Source: Octopus vulgaris (lineage: Eukaryota). From it: a DNA stretch of 64,000 nucleotides. The notes beneath the pieces were generated by a model. That model saw nothing but the letters and a program-made list of their open reading frames with translations, was not told where the DNA came from and did not search any database. Positions 26,215-40,620 of the stretch are shown here, piece after piece; positions within the stretch are counted from its first letter, which is position 1, and every line of letters begins with the position of its first letter. The stretch lies in assembly GCA_951406725.2 (NCBI GenBank), contig OX597824.1, positions 60,264,001 to 60,328,000 of the forward strand. Reading direction: 5' to 3'. The position numbers were made by a program, and so were the translations under genes.

Positions 26215-27138
26215 ATCATCAGACAGTATCTAATGATCATAAGGTGTTTCAACCCTGATCCATATAACCCTCCTGTTGGTGGGTCAACAGGCAGCCAAAT
26301 CACTGCTTATCATCTCCACCTGGCTTCCAGCTTAACTCCTCTCTCTTGTTCCATAACCAGCAACAGCTTTTTCTGCTGCCTGTCCCATCCTTTGATCAGC
26401 CACCCTTTGCTCTTTTCCCATACTGACTGGGCAGGGAATCCTCTACATCCAGCCTTGACTGGGAAAAGCTATAAATGCCTTCTGTTCTCCCTGCAATCCC
26501 ACAGAAGGCTCTTGTACTTGGCATGCTTCTGTTCAAGGACTTCCTATCAGACTGTAAACTCAATCAAGATTATTTTCTTTGCGTTTTCAGAACGCAGTAC
26601 TGTATCTCACCCCAAGGTTATCTGGATGATCGAGGGAAAACTGCAATCTTGATCTACTTTCATGTTCCATGATTGGACCACTTGTAGTAGACTATTTGTC
26701 CTTTTTACTGTCCTCATCAGTTTTCCTCCCTCCTTCATGAACTTGACTGCTGCTGTTGTTTTACCCCTGCTGATTGTGTGCCTTGAGACTTTCCTGTTAT
26801 GGAGGGTGAGCAAGTGTTGCAGGTATGTTACAATGGTACCATTTATTTCCCACTTGAGTAAGTGTTGCTTTACACCCTGACAAGATGTGTACCAAAGTGT
26901 CCTTTTCTCCACAAAATCTACAAAGTTGGCCCCCTTTCAAACCCCATCTGTGTAGGCTTGTTGGCATTGGGAGTGTCCAGAGTTTGTGGTGATACCTGCA
27001 TGTCTGACATGCTCAGTTCCTGTACATCATTAAAACTCTACATTTTCTAACCTTGAATTCCTCTTCCTTGGATGATAGAGGAAGTTGGAACTGTCCAAAT
27101 TTTATGTACAGGGCAATTGGGGATACCCAGCCATCTTT
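26215..27138 (-). mobile_element. Decayed, internally deleted REL non-LTR retrotransposon (HERO-like) 3' part
   Basis: Hand translation: RWLGIP...QLPLSSKEEEFKV, LPMPTSLHRWG, CCHC finger CRFCGEKDTLVHILSGC, KIILIEFTV...KY, FPVKAGCRGF, CWLWNKR. Confidence 0.75.
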
Positions 27139-27483
27139 GGAAGTATTTATTTATATACATATATACATACATATATAATATGTATACACACACACACATA
27201 CACAAAAGAATTGGGGTTTTAAATCTAGGAAGATACCTACCTAGGTATGGTACTCATACCACCTGTATGGGGAACACCTTGAAAATGTTGTATAAGAATG
27301 TCAATCTTTGGATTGGAATTTGTACTCTAATTGGTTTAATATAAATCAATAAGAAGCACAGAGCCATCCCAACTAAGGACCCTAAAGATACTTATACAGC
27401 AGAAACATATGTTGGAATTTTATATGCTGGAAAATTTGAATTAAAAATGTATAATTCTCCATTTTTTATTATGCTTCTTTCTC

Positions 27484-27549
<66 letters not shown>

Positions 27550-27552
<3 letters not shown>

Positions 27553-28421
27553 TCATCATCATCATCATCGTTTAACGTCCGCCTTCCATGCTAGCATGGG
27601 TTGGACGATTTTGACTGAGGGCTGCCGAACCAGATGGCTGCACCAGGCTCCAATCTTAATCTGGCAGAGTTTCTATAGCTGGATGCCCTTCCTAATGCCA
27701 ACCACTCTGAGAGTGTAGTGGGTGCTTTTTACGTGCCACCGGCACGGGGGCCAGTCAGGCGGTACTGGCAATGACCTCGCTCTAATTTTTTTACACATGC
27801 CAGTGAAGCGATGTTGGTAATGATCACACTCGAAGGGTCGCTTGTATGTGCCATGGGTATGGAAGCCAGTTGGCTGCCCTGGCAACGATCAAGCTTGGAT
27901 GGTGCTCTTGGCATCCTACTAGCACAGACATGAGTGCCAGTAACACGATGTGGTAACGATCATACTCGAATAGCCGCTCTGTCAACGATCACACTCGTAT
28001 GGTGCTCTTTGCACCCCGCTAGCACAGATGCCAGTCATCGAATTGATTTTGATTTGATTTTGATTTAGATTTCACTTGCCTCAACAGGTCTTTGCAAGCA
28101 GGGTTTAGTGACCAAAGAAGGAAAAGGTACGCATAAGCGGGATGGTTACGCTCCTGGCATAGGCCACAGGTTATGGTCTCATTTGGCTTGCCAGGTCTTC
28201 TCGAGCACAGCATATTTCCAAAAGTCTCAGTTGCTAGTCATTTCCTTGGTGAGGCCTAATGTTCGAAGGTCGTGCTTCACCACTTCATCCCAGGTCTTCC
28301 TGGGTCTACCTCTTCCACAGGTTCCCTCAACGGCTAGGGTGTGGCACTTTTTCACACAGCTATCCTCATCCATTCTTGCCACATGGCCATACCAGCGCAG
28401 TCGTCTCTCTCGCACACCACA
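27550..28421 (-). mobile_element. Young RTE LINE 3' fragment
   Basis: CGVRERRLRWYGHVARMDEDSCVKKC...KTWDEVVKHDLRTLGL, complete 3' UTR and (GAT)n tail; (TA)n on both sides. Confidence 0.92.
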
Positions 28422-28439
28422 CATATATATATATATGGA

Positions 28440-28944
<505 letters not shown>

Positions 28945-28983
28945 TATATATATATATGCTATTTTGTCTAAGCCAAAAGAAAC

Positions 28984-30210
<1,227 letters not shown>

Positions 30211-30216
30211 TATATA

Positions 30217-30277
<61 letters not shown>

Positions 30278-30379
30278 TATATAATATATATATGTATATA
30301 TTTATAAAATGTGACCGCCTGTGTACCGTTGGCGATTTTTTTCTCCGTCTTCCCTTCTTTGGATCTTTCCTTTTCCTAT

Positions 30380-30414
30380 GTTTCTGAAGAAGAGCTCTGC
30401 TTGAAACGTTAAAC
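30380..30414 (+). ncRNA. Minimal hammerhead ribozyme-like motif (PLE type)
   Basis: GUUU-CUGAAGA-AGAGC ucu GCUU-GAAAC-GUU-AAAC: stem I, core, stem II and palindromic ACGU in place of stem III. Confidence 0.6.
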
Positions 30415-30690
30415 CCTCCTTCTTGTCCAATGACACTATACTTGTTTCATGTCCAATTAACACTATATATGTATATATATATGTCACATAAATGCGTTGG
30501 AAAAACTGGTTGTTGTCAGAGTAACAGATTTTGTGTTTTCTGCTGCTTAAAATAAATTAACTATATATATATATATATATACGCACACACACACATATAT
30601 ATAATAATAATAATAAAGGTAAAGGGTAAAATCATAAATGATTTTTATCAAGTGGTCAGCGCGGAAATAAAACCTTGTAGGGAAATTTTT

Positions 30691-30893
30691 ATAATTATAT
30701 ACATAATTATAACAAAGGCTTGGCTTGTGCTTCAGCATGCACTGAAAAATAGACATCAAAAGACATAATTGCCACCGTAAATTCTCTGAGAAAAACACTC
30801 TCGGAGAATTTGTGGTGGCAATTGTGTCTTTTGATGTCTATTTTTCAGTGCGTGGTGAGGTGCCAGGCTTTTTATAATTATGTATATAATTAT
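30691..30893. repeat. Fold-back hairpin, ~95-bp imperfect arms
   Basis: gcactgaaaaatagacatcaaaagaca... mirrored by ...tgtcttttgatgtctatttttcagtgc; loop about 30792-30798. Confidence 0.9.
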
Positions 30894-30979
30894 GATATAT
30901 ATATATACATCTCTTGAGCACCACCAGCAAAAATATTTTTTTCCTCTGTCTTCCCTTCTCGGGATCTTTCCTTCTCCTT

Positions 30980-31014
30980 GTTTCCGACGAAGAGCTCCGC
31001 TCGAAACGTTATAC
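30980..31014 (+). ncRNA. Variant minimal hammerhead-like motif
   Basis: GUUU-CCGACGA-AGAGC ucc GCUC-GAAAC-GUU-AUAC; paralog of 30380-30414 with a non-canonical core. Confidence 0.45.
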
Positions 31015-31208
31015 CCTCCTTCCCTGAGCATCAAATAATACTTTAATTGTTCCACGTCCTCGCGTTGCTGTGTTTTTTTCTGTGTTTTCTTGTTTGGATT
31101 AACTTTATATGTATATATATATAATGTATATGTATATATATGTATATGTATATATATATGTATATATATATATATATATATAGCGAAGAACAACAAGAAT
31201 GGATAGGT

Positions 31209-31299
31209 TTTTAGTACAATCGTTTCATACAAGGACAGGCTTTATTAAAAGTTGCAAAAATTGCAGCATATAAACGTGTCCCGTACTCATCAGCTAAAA
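31209..31299 (-). ncRNA. Mirror-image type I hammerhead ribozyme
   Basis: Exact reverse complement of 31341-31431 in the left arm. Confidence 0.75.
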
Positions 31300-31340
31300 T
31301 ACATGTGAGTTCTCTAGACATCCTAGAGAACTCACATGTA

Positions 31341-31431
31341 TTTTAGCTGATGAGTACGGGACACGTTTATATGCTGCAATTTTTGCAACTTTTAATAAAG
31401 CCTGTCCTTGTATGAAACGATTGTACTAAAA
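31341..31431 (+). ncRNA. Type I hammerhead ribozyme with extended stem II
   Basis: Stem I UUUUAG/CUAAAA, CUGAUGA (31347-31353), stem II GUACGGGACA...UGUCCUUGUAU, GAAAC (31414-31418), loop GAUU, cleavage triplet GUA (31423-31425). Confidence 0.75.
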
Positions 31432-31782
31432 ACCTATCCATTCTTGTTGCTTCTTTCTCGCTTATAATCACCCCACATTACTGTATTGTTAAAACCGTAT
31501 AGTTTTTTGGTGCATCTAAGTTAGGTACCATATTCAAGTAAATTCATTTAAATTGACTTGAATCTTTATTGCTTTTTGTATATATATATATATATATATA
31601 TATAGTTATACACACACACACACACACGATGGTTTCTTTCAGTTTCCATCTGTTAAATCCACTCACAAGGCTTTGGTCAGCTTGTGGCAATAGTAAAAGA
31701 GTGTCAGATAATGGGACTGAACTTGGAACCATGTAGTCAGGAAGGAAGCTCTTTACCACACATATACTTGCACCGATATATA

Positions 31783-31821
<39 letters not shown>

Positions 31822-32791
31822 TTAGGGAGTATGTTTTTTATGTATTGGTTTATGTCTATCACTGTTTGAGTTGCATAATAGTGGTTTTATCTCTAATTCA
31901 TATTTTACATATATATATATGCATAGTCTTACAAACTCATATTCACACAATAAGACAGGCCCACACATAAACATACATATAAGGTCATTAATACTGACAC
32001 ATATGCGCATAAAAGCATACATACACTTATGGTCCCCCATATGTACAACCAAGCACACACAAACAAATCCTAACACATGCAAGTATCCAAAAACATAGAT
32101 TTATACTCTTTTATGAATACTCTCAGATGTACATGCACACATTGACACACTCACACACACACTCTAGCATGCCTACATGCAAGTACTTACATACTAACAC
32201 ATACAGTCACATGAATATATATGCACATTCATACATACAAATGCACACACATATTCACACAGACACACACGCACACACATGTGCATAATTGTGAAAAATT
32301 TTTTATTACATTGGGGTGACATGGGAGCAGTAATAACCCAATAATGGTAATATTAATTACATTCTTGTCTTATTATTAATTATTTATTAAAACGTCTCAT
32401 ATAGAAAATGTCTTAGTTAAGTAATTATGTCATGGAATACTCAGGGGAATGAGAGAGAGACTATCGATTATATCTTTTGAACCAGCTAACCAGATCAGGG
32501 GTTTGCTGCTACTACTACTACCGTCACCACCACCATTACCCTCATTATTACCACTAAATATAAGGGTGTTCAAAGAAGGCTATAGAATTTAACTTGAAAC
32601 ATTCATTAAAGAGTTTGATTATTTATGTTAAAGCTTCTATATTTTTGTTATTAAATTGTTATAACATGTAAATATGAAAGCCATGCAATAATAATTTTAT
32701 ATGGCTTTCATATTATATTTACATGTTTTTTATATTATTTCAATATTATATTGATAATTATATGTTGTATTGTTGCATTATTTCAATATTA

Positions 32792-32970
32792 CAAGGTGGC
32801 GCACTGGTGGAATCGTTAGCATGCAGGGTGAAATGTTTAACGGCATTTCATTTATCTCCATGTTCTGAGTTCAAATTCTGACGAGGTAGACTTTGCTTTC
32901 AACCTTTTGGGGTTGATAAAATAAGGACCAGCCGAACACTGCTGGCCTTGTGCCAAAAGTTGAAACTGCT
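32792..32970 (+). mobile_element. tRNA-related SINE (third family)
   Basis: ctgagttcaaattc B box then gactttgctttc...gataaaataag; minus-strand relatives at 39390-39540, 43395-43515, 44660-44871. Confidence 0.7.
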
Positions 32971-33752
32971 ATTGTAGGGTTATCTATTTTTAAATTATAT
33001 TTATGTATAAAAATGTGAGTTGAGATATTTAAACTATGATAAACATAGATATGTTTCAACCAGAATTGGCCCAGGCTATGTCTAATTTAAGAGCTCTACC
33101 TGAAGGAATCTATTATGTCATCTTTAGGTCATGTCTTGTAATAGCATATTTCTTTCAAGCAGGATGGTGTTGTCGACTTAAATGTTTCAAGTACAAGTAG
33201 TTTGTCAGACATCTTTTGAAGAAATTTGTCCTGATAGGTGCAAATGTGGCTATGTGATAAGAAGCTTGCTTCCCAATTACATAGCTTGGGGTTCACACTC
33301 ACTGCATGGCACCTTGAGCAGGTGTCTTTGATTTTAGCTTCAAGCAGACCAAAGCCTTGTGAGTGGATTTGATTGATGGAAACTGAAAGAAGCCTGTCAT
33401 GTGTGTGTGTGTGTGTGTTTGTCCCCCACCCACTGCTTGACAACTGGTGCTGGTGTGTTTATGTCTTCATAAGTTATTGGTTCAGCAAAAGAGACTGATA
33501 GAATAAGTATCAGGCTTTTCCTGTTGAGGAAAAGTAATTGTGCTGCAATGTGATAATGTGTTGTTAGCTTGAATTGTGTACGGGGCATATGACACAGGGT
33601 CCCAGTCTCAGATGAAATGTAAATGTGATGTTTAGATTGTTGAACAATGCTGGTGGCATACCTTCCTCATTGTACAAATGATGTAACATTCATGGCAACA
33701 TTACAGAAAACAGAGTTTCAATGCTTTAAAGTGGTCTCAGTAGTCAAGATCA

Positions 33753-34135
33753 TCAAGCTGTTTTTTTGCTAATTGTTTCAATTCTTATAATGTTTTCTTT
33801 GGTATGGAGAAACCATAGAGAGCTACAGCATTCTTGGTATGACCACACAAAGGTAGAAAAAAGAAGTACGAGGACATCTGGTTCTCTGGACTGGAGAGTT
33901 CTGAGAATCCAGAAACTCATCCTGCAAGCCATATCAAATATATAATTGATGTGAGCACTCCAGCTGAGGTTGTTGTCAACAATTACTCTTAAGTCTCTGA
34001 TATTAATGGATACCATAAGTGGTTTTCCTGAAGGAAGAGAGAATGAACATTTGAGCACACTCTCTTTTCCAAAGTGCATCAGTTCAAATTTTCCCTCATT
34101 TAGCAGTATATTGTTTCTGTCCATCCATTAGATTA
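33753..34135 (-). mobile_element. CR1-group LINE RT C-terminal fragment
   Basis: NNILLNEGKFELMHFG...IRDLRVIVDNNLSWSAHI...ILRT...ECCSSLW. Confidence 0.75.
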
Positions 34136-35997
34136 CATTTGAAGATGAAGAATTGCTTACAGAAGAAATGGCTAGATAAATACTAGAACATTAACACTGA
34201 AGTCAAGAGATGCACAAAATGTGACCAATGTGAATATCTAGAAAGTAAAACTGCTGGATTCAATAAACCATCTATGATGTTGGTCATGAAATTGATGGAG
34301 TTGTAGGGAGAGCCATTATGACCATTGTAATATGTCTTAAGCATTTTCATCTTTCGGTCTTCTGAGGTTAGTAAATGAAATACCATATTAGGGTAGTGGA
34401 GGGGCAGAAATATTACATTATTGAACCAAAATGTCATATTATTTGTTCTAGCTCTTTGTGTTCAGAGCTCAAACCTTACTATGACTTGCTTAGGCAGTAG
34501 ACTTAATGCCTCACTTGGTTTAACATGACCGCCTGGTCCTTGGGTACCTATAGTAAAGTTCTCTTTACAATGCCCATTAGAATCAGGTCTCCAGTTTAAG
34601 AATATTTTCCTCTCTCCTTCTGTCCCTCCCACCAGTCTTGGAGGCCCTATAATGGATCATAGGCCCTATTCATCTCTCCTGATTAAAAAGGCTAAATTTT
34701 TTTTCTTAACTCCAGATTGTCTCTACCTAGTCTTCTGTTATTCCAAGACATGGTTGGATTTGGTCACAATTACTTATTATCAAACTTTATGCAACATTTA
34801 CCATTTTATTCTTATTAGTTTTTACTATTGTTGTAATAGTTGTTGCATTCTTAAACATTAGCAGGATTTTTATTATTATTCCAGTCCTACCTAATTGGTA
34901 GAATCACTTTTGTTTTACTTAGAAAATGCACTTTTGCTCTGCTTGGAATATACCTATTCAAGTCTACTTTCTGCTGGATTCTTATTTTTATTTCGATGCT
35001 GCTTTAGCTATGAATTCCAATTTAAATTCTTCAAATACCATGGGATATTCCTTGCATTTCTTTTAAGAATCAAGTATTTTGGTATTTTTCAAGAATCATA
35101 TTTTTCTCCTTAATTATACTATTGTGTCTCTGCAATCTTTTGATGTTATCTTTGATTTTCATGTTCATATTTAATTTGTTAGACTGCATTTAAAAATGTT
35201 TTAGCAACATAAACTGTAGCCTCATTTATTCACCAACGAGCCTCTAAGATTACTAGTTATAATGTAACACTATAATGTCAGCATTAATCAGAGAGGGTGT
35301 TTGCCAAGGTATTTACCAGGTGACCTGTTACTATTAAAAAAAATACCAAACTATCGAAATCATAATTGTATATTAGCAGTGGTATGGTCGAGTGAGTGAG
35401 TGGGTGTGTGTGTGAGTGTGTGTATGTGTGTGTGTTTGTGTGTGTGTATGTATGTACACATGTGTGTACATGTATGTCTATATGTATATATATGTGTGTG
35501 TGTGGACACATATGATGAGTTGTTTAGAAAAAACATATCAATGAAAATAGTCTTCCACATTCAGTGAGTTTTCATGATGTGATAATCTACAAGTGATACT
35601 CTTTAAGTGTTGATGTCTGTTTGTCCTGAAACAATTCTGCAGTTTCTCAATGAATCTTTACCAAAATTTGCAAACATGTCCCAAACCATCCAGAAAAATG
35701 CATAAAGGAAAAGATAGTGTTGAAGGTCTCCGAGTACATTTCTTATGCAAATGCTCAACTGGACACACACATGCAATCACATATGCATATACATACACAC
35801 ACATACAAGCATCTACTCACACACATACATGCACACTCATACTCATACTGATGCACATTGTGATACATACCTTTGAGTTTAAGAAACTACCACTTTGACA
35901 ATAACTGTTGATAAACTCATCATGCGTGTGTGTGTTGTATGTATATGTATATATATGTGTGTACCTATCCATTTACATATTATATATTATATATCTT

Positions 35998-36363
35998 GGC
36001 ACTCTGTCAGTTACAACGACAAGAGTTCCAGTTGATCTGATCAACAGAACAGCCTGCTTCTGAAATTAATGTACAAGTGGTTGAGCACTCAACATACACG
36101 TGTAACCTTAATGTAGTGCTCGGGGAGATTCAGCATGACACAGAGTGTGACAAGGCTGGTCCTTTGAAATACAGGTACAACAGAAACAGGAAGAAAGACT
36201 GAGAGAAAGAATACAGCAGAGTTTGCCACCAACCCCTGCCAGAGCCTCGTGGAACCTTAGGAGTTTTCACTCAATAAACACTCACAACACCCGGTCTGGG
36301 AATTGAAACTGCAATCCTATGACCGCGAGTTTGCTGCCCTAACTACTGGGCCATTGCACTTCC
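35998..36363 (-). mobile_element. tRNA-derived SINE
   Basis: Homologous to 28440-28803. Confidence 0.85.
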
Positions 36364-36377
36364 ACACACACACACAC

Positions 36378-38909
36378 AGACTTGAGGTGTTTCGTGTTGC
36401 AAGACAGTGTGTGAGAGAGAATCATGATGTGGTAGGAGAGAAATGTGTTCACATGGATGATGGTTCTCTTGCGCTAAATGAGGATGCAAAGAGAGAGGTT
36501 TGGAGACACCACTATGAAAGGTTGCTGAATAAAGAAAATGAACAGGATAAAGAGAGTCTGCCGAATGTCGACCAGCTATCCGAGTTGACAGTTCCTAGGT
36601 AGTTAAGAAGCATGAAAACAGGGAAAGCCCCAGGCCCATCAGGAATTACCGCAGAGATGCTCAAGATATCTGGCAGTGTCGGCTATAGCCTAGTCACCCA
36701 TATAGTTTACCAGGTGATACATGAAGGAGTCATACCCAATGACTGGTGTAGCAGCATAATAGTCAACTGCTACAAAGGTAAAGGTGACGCCCTAGATACA
36801 AATAATTACAGCAGTATCAAGCTGTTGGATCAGGTAATGAAGGTTACGGAGAGGGTCATAGCCCAACTGATCAGGGAGAGAGTCAGCTTGGATGAGATGT
36901 TGTTTGGTTTTGTGCCAGGGAAAAGCACCACTGATGCCATATTTCTGGTAAGACAGCTGCAGGAGAAATACCTAGCCAAAGATAAGCCCCTGTACCTGGC
37001 TTTCGTTGACCTGGAGAAAGCCTTTGACAGGGTCCCCTGATCCCTTATCTGGTGGTCAGTCAGGAAACTAGGGATAGATGAAGAATGGTTAGTGAGAGCT
37101 GTGCCAGCCATGTATAGGGACGCTGTAAGTAAGGTAAGGGTTGGCAACGAGTACACTGGCAACGAAGAATTCAAGGTAGAGGTTGGGGTCCACCAGGGTT
37201 CAGTCCTCAGCCCCCTCCTATTTATCATAGTCCTCCAGGCAATAACGGAGGAATTCAAGACAGGATGCCCCTGGGAGCTCCTCTATGCTGACGACCTTGC
37301 TCTAATTGCTGAGTCACTATCAAAACTAGAGGAGAAGTTTCAAGTATGGAAACAAGGATTAAAATCGAAGGGCCCTAGAATCAACCTAGCTAAAACCAAA
37401 GTCCTAATAAGTAGGAAGGCAGGCAAACCACAAATCTCTTCAGGTAGATGGCCCTGTTTGATCTGTTGTAGAGGCGTAGGTAGAAACTCTGTAAGATGTA
37501 CCCAGTGTAAGCTATGGACACATAAAAGGTGCAGTAATATCAAAGGAAGGCTAACTGGGAAGATAGTTTTTGTATGTGGCAGATGCTCGGGAGCGATAAA
37601 CACTGAAAATGCTCAGAGACCAACTTCCGCCACATTCCAGGGAGAAAAACTAGAAGTAGTTGATAGCTTCCATTACCTAGGTGACCAAGTCAGTAGTGGA
37701 GGAGGGTGCACTGAAAGTGTAGCTGCTAGAATAAAAATAGCTTGGGCAAAGTTCAGAGAGCTATTACCTTTGCTAGTGACAAAGGGCCTCTCACTCAGAG
37801 TAAAAGGTAGACTGTATGATGCATGTGTATGAACAGCTATGCTACACGGCAGTGAAACATGGGCTGTGACTGCTGAGGACATGCGTAAGCTCACAAGGAA
37901 CGAAGCCAGTATGATTCAATGGATGTGTAATGTCAGTGTGCATACTCGACAGAGTGTAAGTACCTTGAGAGAAAAGTTGGACCTAAGAAGCATTAGATGT
38001 GGTGTGCAAGAGAGACGACTGTGCTGGTATGGTCATATGGATGGAATGGATGAGGATAGCTGTGTGTAAAAGTGCCACACCCTAGCCATTGAGGGAACCT
38101 GTGGAAGAGGTAGACCCAGGAAGACCTGGGATGAAGTGGTGAAGCACGACCTTCGAACATTAGGCCTCACCAAGGAAATGACTAGCGACTGAGACTTTTG
38201 GAAATATGCTGTGCTTGAGAAGACCCGGCAAGCCAAATGAGGCCATAACCTGTGGCCTATGCCAGGAGCGTAACCATCCCGCTTATGCGTACCTTTTCCT
38301 TCTTTGGTCACTAAACCCTGCTTGCAAAGACCTGTTGAGGCAAGTGAAATCAAAATCAATCAAAACCAAAATCAATTCGATGACTGGCATCCGTGTTAGT
38401 GGGGTGCAAAGAGCAGCATACAAGTGTGATCGTTGACAGAGCAGCTAACCGGCTTCTGTGCCAGTGACACATAAGAGGGCACCATTCGAGTATGATCGTT
38501 ACCAGCGTCGCCTTACTGGCACTTGTGCATGTGCTAGTAGGGTGCTAATCCGAGGGTGATAATTGCCAGAACAGCCAACTGGCTTCCGTACCTGTGGCAC
38601 GTAAAAGGGCACCATTCGAGTGTGATCGTTACCAACGTCACTTCACTGGCATCTGTGCTGGTAGCACGTGTAAAAAAGATTCGAGCGAGGTTGTTACCAG
38701 TACTGGCTGACTGGCGCCCATGCCGGTAGCACGTAAAAGCACCCACTACACTCTCGGAGTGGTTGGCGTTAGGAAGGGCATCCAGCTGTAGAAACTCTGC
38801 CAGATCAAGATTGGAGCCTGGTGCAGCCATCTGGTTCGGCAGCCCTCAGTCAAAATCGTCCAACCCATGCTAGCATGGAAAGTGGACGTTAAACAATGAT
38901 GATGATGAT
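36378..38909 (+). mobile_element. 5'-truncated RTE-clade LINE (~2.5 kb)
   Basis: RT motifs KAPGPSGI, FVDLEKAFDRVP, GVHQGSVLSPLLF, YADD, FHYLG; GRGRPRKTW end; internally repeated 3' UTR; (GAT)n tail. Confidence 0.95.
36612..38240 (+). pseudogene. Reverse transcriptase pseudogene with embedded PHD-type finger
   Basis: ORF pieces 36612..37040, 37092..37832 and 37839..38069 are broken by stops; YADD at 37284. Confidence 0.9.
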
Positions 38910-39913
38910 ATATATATATATATATACATACATATATATAATTTATAATAGATTGGTAGACATGTTCTCCTATACTGTTATGTTCTCCAATACTGTTGAC
39001 TGCCCACCAATACATGAAGCTGTTTCTGAAAAAGGAGACATGAAATGTCATCAAATTTATCTGGGACAGCCTCTATACAAGCTACTTATATTACAACATT
39101 CTGTCTGTATAATTTTTGGTGACTTCACTTTTAGACCACAATTCTCTAAAGAGTTCTAATAAAACTAAAAACAAAATCCAAGCTGCAAAATAGCAGACTC
39201 ACACATAATTTGGCACTGCATTTATAATTAATTATTTTAAAATTTCAACAGTATCTCCATTCTTGATCACAATTTACCTTTCAGTTAATGAGTTTTCCTC
39301 CACATTACTACTGTAACTTTACTTAATTAACATTTCCCGATCTAGTACGTTAAGCATGTTAACTCCAGCTCACATAACTGTGTCTAGTTTAGGCATAAAG
39401 CCAGCAATTTCAAGGGGATGAAGTTAGTGTTAATCTATCTTATTGACTCTTAGAAGATGAAAAACAATGTTGACTTGTTTGGGATTTGAAATCGGAACAT
39501 AAAGAATAGGAACAAATACCACAAAGCATTTTTAGCAATACTATTATTTTGTTACCCTATTTCAAATTATAGTGTTAATTCTGTTTCCAAAAGGCAATGT
39601 TTTTTCTTCTGTTCAACAAAGTACTTTACCTCTCATCAGCTACTGCAGCTAACCTTCAATCAAACTCAATTAGGGGTCACATTAGAATATTGTTCCCATA
39701 TCTAAGATAGTGAGTAGCGTTGCTGTTACACACATAGTTATCTTATATTTGACACCAAACATCATTCAGCTGATTATAAGAATTCATTCACCATCATGCC
39801 ACAATTGTTGTCACACAGCCTCATTATTTCTTTTTTCTTTTCGTCTTTTGCTCTCTTTTTAACTTGAGCAGAATGACTTCTCTCTGAAATAGCGAGAGTT
39901 GAGTACACCACGG

Positions 39914-40143
39914 TTAATCCTTAAGCATTCAGATTACTCTGTCAAATATATATTGCTTAATAATTCTCATTGTTTTGAATTAATCATTCATTATCTCATA
40001 GCTTCGAGATTTCGCTGATGTGATAGTTTAGTTTTAGAATAACATTGCAGGGTGGGTGTGAGAGGCTGGATCTAGTCAGTTTGAACATAAAACAGGTAGA
40101 ATATTTGGGCCTGATATGAGCAGTGTAAATGCTAAAGTGTTGA
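39914..40143. mobile_element. piggyBac-like MITE (duplicate at 48310-48539)
   Basis: TTAA(c/t)ccttaagcatt...aatgctaaag(g/t)gttga termini. Confidence 0.65.
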
Positions 40144-40304
40144 TATCAGGAAATATGGCAGACATACAATAATCATAATTTTAACTTTTATCAAATTTCT
40201 TGGTACTTGTACAAAATGATGAAAAGAATACTAATTTTCAAAAGAAAAATATTTATTTTAAAATGAAATTAACCCTTTAGCATTCAGATTACTCAGTCAA
40301 ATGT

Positions 40305-40620
40305 GCTGGCACTCTGTTGGTTATGATGACAAAGGTTCTAGTTGATCTGATCAACAGAACAGCTTGCTTGTGAAATTAAGTTGCATGTGGCTGAGCACTC
40401 CATCGACACGTGTACCTTTCACATAATTCTCAGGGAGGTTCAGCATGACACAGTGTGACAAGGCTAGCCCTTTGAAATACAGGTACTGCTCATTTTTGCC
40501 AGCTGAGTGGACTGGAACATGAAATAAAGTGTCTTGCTCAAGGGTACAATACATTGTCAGGGATTGAATCCATGACCTAATGATTGTGAGTCAAATATCC
40601 TAACCACTAAGCCATGTGCC
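40305..40620 (-). mobile_element. tRNA-derived SINE inserted in a piggyBac-like MITE, with 14-bp TSD (duplicate at 48701-49022)
   Basis: TSD actcagtcaaatgt (40291-40304) / actctgtcaaatgt (40621-40634); minus head tggcttagtggttagg...ggattcaatcc. Confidence 0.85.

Larger units (their letters stand above)
31191..31449. repeat. Perfect palindrome, 127-bp arms, 5-nt loop
   Basis: 31191-31317 is the exact reverse complement of 31323-31449. Confidence 0.97.

Noticed and set aside
26216-26250. GAAAC...CUGAUGA on the minus strand in the HERO-like 3' UTR as a hammerhead
   Set aside because: No stem III partner or NUH site in the required order.
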